From assembly GCA_030706745.1 (NCBI GenBank), contig JAUZNX010000009.1:58740-122739 (forward strand): a stretch of DNA of 64,000 nucleotides, written 5' to 3'. Each line of letters opens with the position of its first letter. Position 1 is the stretch's first letter. The notes below the pieces were generated by a model. That model was not told the DNA's origin, ran no database searches, and saw only the letters and a list, made by a program, of their open reading frames with translations. Shown piece by piece: positions 39,502-48,831 of this stretch. This DNA is from Bacteroidota bacterium. GTDB lineage: Bacteria; Bacteroidota; Ignavibacteria; Palsa-1295. The translations under genes were made by a program, and so were the position numbers.

Positions 39502-40782
39502 TTATGAAAGCGTGGACTTTGCCGTATCCAAAAACGCGGCAACATCGGCTTCCGATGTGTAAATGTGGACGCTGAACCGGCTGGCTTCCAGGCCTCCCTC
39601 CGGCACGATACGGGTGCGGACTTTGCGCTTCGCCCACATCTTTTCGTAGAAATCCTTATAGTCCATGTTCTCCAGCTTGATCGTCGTAATACCGGTCATC
39701 GAACTCGGCGGGGTTAAGAAATGGAAATGTCCCGGCGCCAAATCCTTCAAGCCATTGCGAAGCATGGTCGTCAGATGGATCACACGTTGCTCGATCTTAT
39801 CAAATCCAATCTTCTCCTGAAACTCGATCGCACAGTGCAATCCATCGAAGAGCGCAAAGTTTTGCGTTGCGAAATCGTAGCGCGAAGCGGTTGGCAGGAA
39901 CTCCAAACGGGCATCATAACCCCAATACTTATCCGCTTCTCCGCCACTCCATGTCGGAATCACATGCTCCCGGAAGTCGGAGGCGATGTATAGGAATCCG
40001 ATTCCTTTGGGTCCGCAGAGCCATTTGTGACCGCATGAGGCATACGCATGGACTCCTAAGTCCTGCACGTCCGTCTGAAGCATTCCCGGCGGATGAGCGC
40101 CATCGGCGATCATCCAGATGCCATGCTCGCGAGCAAGTTGCGAAATGCGCTTGATCGGCAGCAAATGGCCAGTCGTGCAGGTCAGGTGCGGCATTGAAAT
40201 GGCGCGCGTGCGCGGCGTGATCGCGTCTTTGATCCGCTGCAAGAATTCATCGTCGCTGTATGGCTCCCACTTTTCGTTCGTGAGTGGGATGAATTTGATG
40301 ACAATGCCGTCGCGATTCTTCCGTGCAAGCCAGGGAATCGCATTGCCGGCATGTTCCTGATTCGTCAGCAGAACTTCATCGCCGGCCTTTAAGTCAATAC
40401 CACTTGACACAATGGAGACTGCTTCGCTGACGTTATGCGTGAAGGCAATATCATCACCGCTCTTTGCATTGATGACCCGGGCGATAGCTTTGCGAATTCC
40501 TTCGTAATCCCCACCGTAGTCACCCGTGGCATCGACATGCTCGATGCGTTTCGTTACTCGGTCGGTGACCACGAGCGGGCTGGGGCCCATCGTGCCATTG
40601 TTGAAATAGAGGACTTCGCGCGAAATGGGAAACTCATCGCGAATAAGCGACCAGTACTGCTCATCTTCGGCAATTGGGATCTGTTTCAAGCGTCCGTTGG
40701 TGACGGCCAGTGAAATATCACGGAAAGCAACGTTCAGCGCAGCAGACGTTGCAGTCATTTTCAAGAATGTTCTTCGGTCCAT
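39502..40782 (-). CDS. Class V PLP-dependent enzyme (cysteine desulfurase/isopenicillin N epimerase-like) with Tat signal
   Basis: MDRRTFLK twin-arginine motif; YFNNGTMG, DGAH, SCGHKWLCGPKG. Confidence 0.9.
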   Translation of the reverse strand: MDRRTFLKMTATSAALNVAFRDISLAVTNGRLKQIPIAEDEQYWSLIRDEFPISREVLYFNNGTMGPSPLVVTDRVTKRIEHVDATGDYGGDYEGIRKAIARVINAKSGDDIAFTHNVSEAVSIVSSGIDLKAGDEVLLTNQEHAGNAIPWLARKNRDGIVIKFIPLTNEKWEPYSDDEFLQRIKDAITPRTRAISMPHLTCTTGHLLPIKRISQLAREHGIWMIADGAHPPGMLQTDVQDLGVHAYASCGHKWLCGPKGIGFLYIASDFREHVIPTWSGGEADKYWGYDARLEFLPTASRYDFATQNFALFDGLHCAIEFQEKIGFDKIEQRVIHLTTMLRNGLKDLAPGHFHFLTPPSSMTGITTIKLENMDYKDFYEKMWAKRKVRTRIVPEGGLEASRFSVHIYTSEADVAAFLDTAKSTLS

Positions 40783-40917
40783 GGTAGCACGTGGCGGTGA
40801 ACGATCGCTCACTCATGAGGCTACTAAATGCGATTCAGGGACAAAACATTCTGAACCTCGATGGACTAAACGACGAAAGGACTCTGGTGACAGAGTCCTT
40901 TCGATTCAGGTATTCCT

Positions 40918-41172
40918 TCAATGCGTCGTTCGCTGCTTCTTCGTCCGAAGCAAGAACCACCCAACTCCTCCGAGTACCACGATGGCCGGACCGATCAACT
41001 CGAGGCCAGGAGTGAATTGCTTTTCCCAGGTCTGCGTCACGGTACCGAAGAGTTCATCTTTCACTTCGATCATGTGCTGAGTCGTGGTCCACATCTGATG
41101 TCCACTTGCCATCCACCAAATCAGAAGTCCAGCGGCGGCGATGAACAGAACGAACGCGATATTCTTTTTCAC
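40918..41172 (-). CDS. Small two-TM membrane protein
   Basis: 84 aa with two hydrophobic segments; start abuts the YceI stop. Confidence 0.7.
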   Translation of the reverse strand: MKKNIAFVLFIAAAGLLIWWMASGHQMWTTTQHMIEVKDELFGTVTQTWEKQFTPGLELIGPAIVVLGGVGWFLLRTKKQRTTH

Positions 41173-41859
41173 TTATGTCGTGCTTTTTTTCTCCGCATTG
41201 CCGAAAAGCTGCGCGGAAATCTTGATGGTTTCGCCGACCTTGCTGCCAATATTGCCTTCAGTCCCGGCGATGTTAAAGTCTTTGAGCGAAATCGTAAAGT
41301 CTGCGGTAATCATGACGAGATCGCCTGGAGCCCGCTGCCGCGTCTTGTCGCTTTCTGGCACGTAGGTCATCTTGAATGGAATTGTCACTGTCTTGGTCAC
41401 ACCATGCAGCGAGAATGTCCCGATTGCATTACCGGTAGCAATATTGCCACTGGTCTTGACGTCTTTCATGCTCGTAATAGTAAAGCCAATCGCCGGGAAG
41501 CGCCGCGCGTCAATCCATTCGGCACTTTGCAGGTGGTTGTCGCGGGTCGCATTGCCGGTCTTCATGGTCGCAGATTTTGTCTGGACCGAACCACGCAATG
41601 TGGAAAGATCCCGGGGATCGAGGGTGAGCGTTCCACTCACACCTTCGCTGGAGCCCTTAATGCTCTCGAGCGGGGCGTCGCTGATCCAGATAAACTGGTT
41701 ATGGCCGACTTTATCGTTGAACGTAACCGTCTCGGAGCCATTGCTCGCAACTGCAAGCCCTTGTGCGAACGTGCTTCCAGCCAGCAGCAATATCGCGATC
41801 GTAAACGCGAGAACGAAATGTGTTTTGACCATTGTGTATCCCATAAGTTTGGTTGTCAT
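41173..41859 (-). CDS. YceI-family periplasmic lipid/quinone-binding protein
   Basis: Signal peptide; TGNATRDNHLQSAEW, FPAIGF, GTFSLHGVTK, DFNI; GGAGGAG SD upstream. Confidence 0.92.
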   Translation of the reverse strand: MTTKLMGYTMVKTHFVLAFTIAILLLAGSTFAQGLAVASNGSETVTFNDKVGHNQFIWISDAPLESIKGSSEGVSGTLTLDPRDLSTLRGSVQTKSATMKTGNATRDNHLQSAEWIDARRFPAIGFTITSMKDVKTSGNIATGNAIGTFSLHGVTKTVTIPFKMTYVPESDKTRQRAPGDLVMITADFTISLKDFNIAGTEGNIGSKVGETIKISAQLFGNAEKKSTT

Positions 41860-42002
41860 ATTGTCTCCTCCTAAAGACGCCAGAAGTACCCTCGAAGTTA
41901 CAACGGCTGGGTGAATCTTTGTTTAGACATTAAATCTTCACGTACTAATAACTCCATGCTGCGGCTAATATCACGAAAGAACAGGCCATTATGAACATCA
42001 TC

Positions 42003-42977
42003 TCATTGACACTCCATCGCCCCCTGATCGATCCATTGTCCAATCATCAGAACCTGATTTGGTGTCAGCGCCGGCGCCGGCGGTGGTGGCATTCTCGAAT
42101 TCATATTGAAGTCCACGATCCGTTGATATAACCGACTTGCTCGGGCATTGCCGGGCTTAACATCACTGAGAGTCCGTCGATAATCCAGAAGAGGGCGCGA
42201 TGATCCATCATGGCAACCACTTCCGGTGCAACTCTGCATGATCGGCTGAATGTCACGCGAGAAACAGCGTAGCGAATCCGTGCTTTTCAATAACGTGATC
42301 GTCGCAAGCGAGGTATCGGTAGCGGATGCAGCCTGAATGAGGGTGATCGAGCTATCGCGCTCAATGGATGCTGGTGCGGTGTAGAGCCCCGAATTCGTGA
42401 TCGTCCCGGGTCCGCTGACAATGCTCCAAGTCAGTGCCGGGATGGACCCACTCTGAATCGTGTCGATCTCGAACTGCTGCATTCGGTTCGTCAGCATCGT
42501 CACGGCGATCGGCGAAATCGTAAACGGGGCATCCGGTGACGTCGTCATGACGATGGTGCACTCGGCGTACCGGGTCGGATCTTCGACAGAACTTGCTCGA
42601 ACCACGATAATCGTATCGGCGAGCGAAATGAAGTTCGCGGCATGGTATTGAGCGGATAATCCAGTGCCGACAACAGAATCTCCGCCCGGACTTTTGATGA
42701 TGGTCCACGTAATCGCGGCCGAGTGCGACACGCCGCGGATGTCCGCCGTTAAATCGAGTATGCCGTTGATCGGCACGGTCGCACGACTCGGAGACATCGT
42801 GACCGTTAGTAGGCTCACGTCAGGATTGCCCGAAATGGTGTACATACATCCACCGCCCATCGCCATCACGAGGAAGACAAGCAACAAATGACGAATGAAG
42901 AAGGACGAATGACGAATGGTATCATCATTCCTCCTATTCGCAATTCGTAATTTGTAATTCGTAATGTTCTTTGACAT
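42003..42977 (-). CDS. Lipoprotein with two Ig-like domains and a C-terminal c-type cytochrome domain (planctomycete-cytochrome-like)
   Basis: Lipobox-like GGGC; Ig-like repeats (TWxIV..PG..G.YxAP); FSRDIQPI..CTGSGCH...RMPP...IGQWIDQGA. Confidence 0.8.
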   Translation of the reverse strand: MSKNITNYKLRIANRRNDDTIRHSSFFIRHLLLVFLVMAMGGGCMYTISGNPDVSLLTVTMSPSRATVPINGILDLTADIRGVSHSAAITWTIIKSPGGDSVVGTGLSAQYHAANFISLADTIIVVRASSVEDPTRYAECTIVMTTSPDAPFTISPIAVTMLTNRMQQFEIDTIQSGSIPALTWSIVSGPGTITNSGLYTAPASIERDSSITLIQAASATDTSLATITLLKSTDSLRCFSRDIQPIMQSCTGSGCHDGSSRPLLDYRRTLSDVKPGNARASRLYQRIVDFNMNSRMPPPPAPALTPNQVLMIGQWIDQGAMECQ

Positions 42978-42985
42978 GAGAAATA

Positions 42986-44200
42986 TTAGTAGAATAAGTG
43001 GATCTGGCCGGTCCATTGTCCCGTGAACGTGCCGGTGCCCGTGAGCGGATTCTTTTGTGTCACGCGATACTCCGGGCGGAGTTCGATATAGGGAGCCGGG
43101 AAAAACTCGAATCCGAACAGGAACGCCTGCGAGAATCCGAGATCGACGCCGGGATAATGCTCCGTCTGACCATAGTCATATCGCCACTCGATATCGAGCC
43201 ATGACATTAACTCCAGATTCCCGAGTACGGAGAAGTTTCTTGTAATCCGTTCATCCGCGTTTTTCGAATACATGCCTTCCACGTAAATCGTAGCTTTATC
43301 GGCAAGGCCGACTCCTGTAAAGACATTGTACATCTTGAAGGAACCGTTGGCCAGGATCGATGCGCCGACCTCACCATTGAGGCCCTGATCGAGCAATTGC
43401 GGCCAGAGCATCACGCGGCCGGAGATACTGGGACGCGAAAAATCAAAGTTCGATTTGACGACGCCGATCGTCGGATCGACTTGCGCCAAATTGTACGAAT
43501 TGAAAATCCCTGCGTTGACGGTGAGCCAACGAATGCCTTCGTATGTCAACTCGGCTCCCATTTCATTGTAATACGGAGGGATAAGCACGGTCCCCTGAAT
43601 CGCAGCTTCCTCATGCACGAACTCGGTGTGGTCATCCTGCCGGATACTGATCGAAGGTTCGATCATACCAACCCGGATCGAGGGCAGCGAAATCGACGGC
43701 TGGTATTGAATGGCAGCGTCGTAATCGGTCTCGCCAGGATATAACCCCGCCGATGTTCCGAAGACCCCTTTCGTACTCGTCAGACTGCGGACATAAAGGC
43801 TTGCGAAATTGATATTCGTGTATGCCGAGAGTTCCGGAGTTGCGATGTATCCAAGCGAGCCGGTAAGCTGCATGGGAATCAGCAATTCCTGATGGGTCTT
43901 GGACTCACGCACGAGTTGAAATCTCATGTCGGCACCAGGAATGAACTTGCCGCCAAAGATCGTATTCGTTGCCGGGATGCCGGACGTATCTGGCCCGTGC
44001 CATTTTACGAGTCCGGTTTCGTTCATCATTTCCCATCCGAGTTGGGTACGGAGTCCGCTTCCCTGCGGATTGAAATGGCAGACGGAGCACCGCGTGCCGG
44101 TCAGCAGCGAAAACCGCGGGATCGCTTCGGATGAACATGGCACAAGCACTAATGCGGTTAGTGATAGTTGGCAGATGATGCCGAATCTGATGCGCGGCAT
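42986..44200 (-). CDS. Outer-membrane beta-barrel with N-terminal CxxCH haem motif
   Basis: Signal peptide then IPRFSLLTGTRCSVCHFNP; alternating beta strands; aromatic C-terminus QIHLFY; start could be 44254. Confidence 0.75.
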   Translation of the reverse strand: MPRIRFGIICQLSLTALVLVPCSSEAIPRFSLLTGTRCSVCHFNPQGSGLRTQLGWEMMNETGLVKWHGPDTSGIPATNTIFGGKFIPGADMRFQLVRESKTHQELLIPMQLTGSLGYIATPELSAYTNINFASLYVRSLTSTKGVFGTSAGLYPGETDYDAAIQYQPSISLPSIRVGMIEPSISIRQDDHTEFVHEEAAIQGTVLIPPYYNEMGAELTYEGIRWLTVNAGIFNSYNLAQVDPTIGVVKSNFDFSRPSISGRVMLWPQLLDQGLNGEVGASILANGSFKMYNVFTGVGLADKATIYVEGMYSKNADERITRNFSVLGNLELMSWLDIEWRYDYGQTEHYPGVDLGFSQAFLFGFEFFPAPYIELRPEYRVTQKNPLTGTGTFTGQWTGQIHLFY

Positions 44201-44270
44201 TTGGTGCACCACCTGGTTTAATGAGGTGATCGTTCGGTGAAAGATGTGGGTCATTTGAGGTTCAAAATGG

Positions 44271-44744
44271 TTAGACCAGCTTCACTTGGAGCACCTTCGC
44301 TGCCGCGTCGTATGTCGTATCGTATGCGACGAGCGGCGATGGCGCGGGGCCGGAAACCACGGACCCTTCGAGGGTGAAGTACGAATTATGGCAAGAGCAG
44401 TGGATGTCGGTTCCGGCCAGTTGAGAATCAACCGGACAGCTCGCGTGCGTGCATCGTTGCGAGAAGGCATGCCAAGTGGTGCCGTTGGTCAAGGTGATGA
44501 GGACCCCCATCCCATCCGGCCCTGTAATTCCGGAAGCCACTTTGTAGGGATGCGACGGAGTGATATCCGATACGTCAACGGCAACCTTGCCATCTGGTCC
44601 AACCGGATTTGAAGCCGCAATCGGGATAATCGGCGCAGACGTGGGAAGACATGCCTCAATAACAGGCAGAACCGCCAGGCCCATCGCCACGCCCCCCGTT
44701 AGTTTGCCTGCTCCGGCAAGAAAACCTCTTCGAGTTAATTTCAT
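44271..44744 (-). CDS. Tat-exported Rieske [2Fe-2S] protein
   Basis: MKLTRRGFL; CTHASC and CSCHNSYF boxes; possible lipobox IEAC. Confidence 0.92.
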   Translation of the reverse strand: MKLTRRGFLAGAGKLTGGVAMGLAVLPVIEACLPTSAPIIPIAASNPVGPDGKVAVDVSDITPSHPYKVASGITGPDGMGVLITLTNGTTWHAFSQRCTHASCPVDSQLAGTDIHCSCHNSYFTLEGSVVSGPAPSPLVAYDTTYDAAAKVLQVKLV

Positions 44745-44845
44745 TTGCTTATAGACACCAAATTCTATGTTGCGTCACGCCAACATGATTAACGTTAGAC
44801 AAAATTCATGCGGGGATTGAATAAGCCCGCAATTCACCCCGATTC

Positions 44846-45529
44846 TCATCCTTCGATCACCATGATCGCTCTCACGGTAAAATATATTGCCAATACGATC
44901 ATCGCGACTCCAAAGCCGATCGTGACCTTCTTCGTACGCTCCCTCGTGATTGACTTCTTTGCTCGGTAGGTGGTGATTGCCAGCAGCGACAAGTAGGAGC
45001 CAATTCCGAGACCTCCGGCAACCAGGAAGAGTACCCGCGTCTGGAGAGTAAGCTCGCCCGTAATCCCCAGATCCTTTACGAACCGAGCTGCCAACAGCCA
45101 CCACGCGATCATCATCGGGTTGGTGAAGGCCAGCGAGAATCCCGTCACGTAGCCGATCGCTGGATTCCGCAATCGGCTTGGGGTGTCCCCCGGCTTGGCT
45201 GTGGCCGTCGATCGCGGCATCTCCTCCTCCTCCCGGCTTTCTCGGATGGCGGCTATTCCCAAGATCATCGTGAGAATCGCATTGACCAACCAGAATACAG
45301 CTTCGACTTCGGGCCGCTGCATGAACAATGCCAACCCGAACATCGCGGCCGATCCATAAACGAGATCCGACGATACCGAACCTGCAACAACGGCAAACGC
45401 GGAACCGAGGTATCCGGCCAGGGCACGTCGAGCCGTCTCGAATTGCGAGGCACCGACCGGAATCGCTGCAAGAAATCCTAACACGTAGACGCATCCAAAC
45501 AGTAATATCGTATTAATGAGCGAAGGCAC
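44846..45529 (-). CDS. LysE-family translocator
   Basis: AAIPVGA, GFSLAFTNP..IAWW, six hydrophobic segments. Confidence 0.85.
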   Translation of the reverse strand: MPSLINTILLFGCVYVLGFLAAIPVGASQFETARRALAGYLGSAFAVVAGSVSSDLVYGSAAMFGLALFMQRPEVEAVFWLVNAILTMILGIAAIRESREEEEMPRSTATAKPGDTPSRLRNPAIGYVTGFSLAFTNPMMIAWWLLAARFVKDLGITGELTLQTRVLFLVAGGLGIGSYLSLLAITTYRAKKSITRERTKKVTIGFGVAMIVLAIYFTVRAIMVIEG

Positions 45530-46913
45530 GTTCTGAAATGGCAGAGCGGTCCGCTGCCGGAATAGTGATTTGGAAGGGCCGATTCATTGCAACGCGGTGG
45601 AAATGGCTGTCAATGTGCGCCTCGATCGAGGACACAGGAAGCTCATCGAAGCATCGGACTTCCTGACAGAATTTTCCGTACTTATTGATGCAGGTAATAT
45701 TCCGGCAGGGGGTCGGCGCCGCAACGGATCGTGACGGCACATCCTGATTCGCGGGTACATGATATGGCAGTGTGGAATCGTAGCCGTACATGCGGGAATC
45801 TGTCGCACCATAGATAGCCAGCACCGCGGTCTGATTCCGCAGCACCGGATAGCCATCGGCCGAAACCTTACGACAAGCCGCAATATGTAAAGGACCGGTA
45901 TCGCCGGCCACGAACATATCACACGCATCCATGAGCGCGGTATAGACCCCAAGCGGAACGTGCGGAATAACTACCAACTTTTTTTTGAGTTCGGGCGGGA
46001 TGGCTCGAATTAGTTGCTCGTGGAGATTTGCGAAAGTAAATGGCTGTCCAAGCAGGACCGAAGAGATCTCATCATTATCGAGCGCATGCCGAAGCAAGCG
46101 GACCAGGACCTTGAATGGGACCAGCCCAAACCGAGAGGTTGCATCCACATGGTAAAAGATCATTCCGCTTCCGACGCGTAGGTTATGAGTCCTAAGAAAT
46201 TGCCGGGCGTCTTCGATGGCATCGATCCCAAGATAGACCGCGTTCGTATTGAGATGTTGTTCAAATTCCCCGATCCGATCTTCATCGTGCTCCATTCGAG
46301 CCGCACCATGATTCTCGAGAAACTCATGCAAAAATGTGCGGGCGAGCAACGAGACGTGGCGCTCTTCGTTCGTCTTCCACGCTCGAAAGACGTATGCCGC
46401 GAACGGCACATAGAGTTGCAGCACTTGGTGATGCGTGTGGGTTGCGAGCGTTCGCTTCGAGATGAACGGGCACATGTTCAATACAACCGAAAAACGCTCG
46501 CAGTGCAGCAGCGCGCGAAGCCGCGCAAGGTCCTCGTTTGATGGCATCCCTCGCATGCCGCGGAACATGTTGTGAACGAAAATACCTGGCATACGCTCGA
46601 GAAGCTCACCGCCAGATTGATTGCATGCCAGATGCACCTCGGCCTCAGGAAACTCGGCTTGCAGCAACGGCAAGCATTGCGCCCCGAGAACGGCATCGCC
46701 GATGTTGATATCCACAATGAGTAGAATCTTCGAGGGCGAGCGAACGGACTGCCATTGTTTCCGATATCGCCTCAAATACCATTGATAGACCACGGGACGG
46801 CCAAGAATGCCAAGTAACATCCGCTGAAAGAGTCTCGGCACCCAAAACGGAGCGCGGTCCGTCATCCGGTCCAATAATCGAAGACCTAACTTCGAGAATC
46901 CAGTATTCGTCAT
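45513..46913 (-). CDS. Glycosyltransferase family 9 (heptosyltransferase-like)
   Basis: NIGDAVL, FVAGDTGPLHIAA, AIYGAT. Confidence 0.85.
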   Translation of the reverse strand: MTNTGFSKLGLRLLDRMTDRAPFWVPRLFQRMLLGILGRPVVYQWYLRRYRKQWQSVRSPSKILLIVDINIGDAVLGAQCLPLLQAEFPEAEVHLACNQSGGELLERMPGIFVHNMFRGMRGMPSNEDLARLRALLHCERFSVVLNMCPFISKRTLATHTHHQVLQLYVPFAAYVFRAWKTNEERHVSLLARTFLHEFLENHGAARMEHDEDRIGEFEQHLNTNAVYLGIDAIEDARQFLRTHNLRVGSGMIFYHVDATSRFGLVPFKVLVRLLRHALDNDEISSVLLGQPFTFANLHEQLIRAIPPELKKKLVVIPHVPLGVYTALMDACDMFVAGDTGPLHIAACRKVSADGYPVLRNQTAVLAIYGATDSRMYGYDSTLPYHVPANQDVPSRSVAAPTPCRNITCINKYGKFCQEVRCFDELPVSSIEAHIDSHFHRVAMNRPFQITIPAADRSAISERAFAH

Positions 46914-46984
46914 AATCGTATGTTCCCTTGGCGCGGACTCCGTGAAAAAAGTGAGTGTGGTGAGTCCTCGTCTGCTGTTTCTGT

Positions 46985-48019
46985 CTACGGAGAGAAACTA
47001 ATAAATGCGGATAGGCCTGCATTGAAAGGTGAAGAGCGATCGTCGATCGGCCGGCGATAGCTCGTCAGACTGGCAACGCCTGCTTGCAGTGACGTAGTGA
47101 GTGAATATGCAATCGACGCTTCGGCAGAAAGACCAGCTCGCCGCGATTGTATTGTGCTTTGCGTGTGCGCTGTTGGATCGAGTATGATCGATGTCGTGAC
47201 CCAATAGCTGGGTCCCAGCATGGCGCTTAAAACAAAATTCCCCAATTGGGTCGTCGCCCCAGCCTGAATACCAAACTGCAATTCGGTTTCCGACAACCGG
47301 ACGGAGCCATCTGCAAGATGATGGAGTGCAGAATCCCGATTGTCACGATGACCAGTACCTAAACGGGCTTCAATCGCGAACATCTTCCAACCGTCGATCA
47401 TCCCGAGTTCAGCGCCTTCGGTTGTCATATGAAATTCTTTGAACAGGAATCCACCATCGAATCGGGCGAACAACGAAGTCGATGGCATTTCACGATAATT
47501 TATTTTTGAACTCAGCGCCGCGCATGTGGGCGACTTGGTACAAGCCGGCTCCGACGGAGGAGCTGCGATGATCGAATCAGATTCTTCAGGTAGAGTCATC
47601 GCTGCAATCGTAGCTTCACCAATTAAGGTTGGTTGATTCGCCACAGCGACAAATCTCGGTTTACGAGTGGGCGCGATACCTCCAACGGGGCAAGACATAG
47701 GTACCATCGGGATTCCACGCGAAGCATGAGCCACGCCGGTTGGAACACGACCCGTCGGGTTGGATGCAGGATAACTTCCCGTCGAAGGTGCGATCCCTGC
47801 ACTCACCATACATATGGCAATTGTCCCAAGCGCCACCCACTCTGCAAACAAGCCACGGAACGCTGCTCGAATCGTGAACCAGAACGAAGCAGTGCTTGCC
47901 CGATCGAGGACAAACTCGCGAATCCGCTCAACGCCAAGCGGGGAATGCAGCGCACGAAGCGGCTGGATGTAATCGAACCCCTCTTCGCTCCGTTGCGGCA
48001 TGCGTTTGAATACTCTCAT
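46985..48019 (-). CDS. Putative anti-sigma partner: N-terminal region, TM, Pro-rich linker, beta-rich C-terminal domain
   Basis: ATGA overlap with the ECF sigma stop; TM WVALGTIAICMVSAGI; amphipathic beta strands ending AFISFSP. Confidence 0.6.
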   Translation of the reverse strand: MRVFKRMPQRSEEGFDYIQPLRALHSPLGVERIREFVLDRASTASFWFTIRAAFRGLFAEWVALGTIAICMVSAGIAPSTGSYPASNPTGRVPTGVAHASRGIPMVPMSCPVGGIAPTRKPRFVAVANQPTLIGEATIAAMTLPEESDSIIAAPPSEPACTKSPTCAALSSKINYREMPSTSLFARFDGGFLFKEFHMTTEGAELGMIDGWKMFAIEARLGTGHRDNRDSALHHLADGSVRLSETELQFGIQAGATTQLGNFVLSAMLGPSYWVTTSIILDPTAHTQSTIQSRRAGLSAEASIAYSLTTSLQAGVASLTSYRRPIDDRSSPFNAGLSAFISFSP

Positions 48020-48585
48020 GATTGTTGAAAGCGAAGCGTTGCATCAAGCAGCCCAGTACTCAGCACCGCTTCCGATAGCTCTGTTGGCGTGTCCGACAGC
48101 ATGGTTTTGATGCTCCGTCGCGCCCGCGCCAGTCGCGATTTGACACCGGAAAGACTGATCCCTTGAATTGTCTGAATCTCTTTGAGAGATAACCCGGACA
48201 GCTCAAAAAGAACAAGGGCCTCCCGTTCACGGAGTGGAAGCCGGTTTAGAGCAGCGATCAATACTGCAAGATCGTAAGCAGATTCACTCGTCAGTTCGTA
48301 AGGTGCTTCACCGGCTTCCGAAAGAGGCACAAAGAGCCGCCCACGCCATCTCCGGCGGCGATGCAACCGTACTGCGATCGTGCTTACGAATGCATGAAAG
48401 GCGGAGGGATCGCGCAAGTTCGGGAAACTCCGATAGGCCGCGACCCATGTATCACTCATGAGATCGCACGCTTCATCATACGACCGCGCGAGCCCTCGCG
48501 CCAACTGCCAGAGGCTGTGGCGTTCGCGATCGACCAATTCCCAAAAATCTTCGTGTGTCGTTTCCACCGTTGTCTCTGGACCCAT
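48016..48585 (-). CDS. ECF sigma-70 factor
   Basis: ACDLMSDTWVAAY, LNRLPLREREALVLFELSGLSLKEI..IQG...SGVKSRLARAR. Confidence 0.92.
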   Translation of the reverse strand: MGPETTVETTHEDFWELVDRERHSLWQLARGLARSYDEACDLMSDTWVAAYRSFPNLRDPSAFHAFVSTIAVRLHRRRRWRGRLFVPLSEAGEAPYELTSESAYDLAVLIAALNRLPLREREALVLFELSGLSLKEIQTIQGISLSGVKSRLARARRSIKTMLSDTPTELSEAVLSTGLLDATLRFQQS

Positions 48586-48632
48586 GCGGACCGATGAGCA
48601 CTCACTGAAGAGAACTCTTCGAAGGATCGCTT

Positions 48633-48752
48633 GTGATGCGCCCTATGACATTAGTGACCGGAATTAGAAAAAAGACTTCGGCCGGAGAAAAATTGTTTCT
48701 GTCTTTCAGGCAATCCAACAGTAGTGTAAAGCCAAAAGTTAGGGCGCATCAC
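48633..48752. repeat. 13-bp perfect inverted repeats flanking 94 bp upstream of the ECF sigma gene
   Basis: GTGATGCGCCCTA (48633-48645) and TAGGGCGCATCAC (48740-48752). Confidence 0.7.
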
Positions 48753-48831
48753 CGCCCTTCGCGGATTGTTACTGAAAATTCACCGTTAGTATTGGATACC
48801 CAACCGATACCTCCTCGGAGGTTAGTCAGAA

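Noticed and set aside
44271-44744. Rieske protein as part of a bc1/ACIII complex
   Set aside because: No cytochrome b, cytochrome c1 or Act subunit genes adjacent
41920-44806. Shared TGTCTAA half-sites upstream of the YceI and Rieske genes as a Fur-like operator
   Set aside because: Only 7 bp, with no palindromic partner at either site
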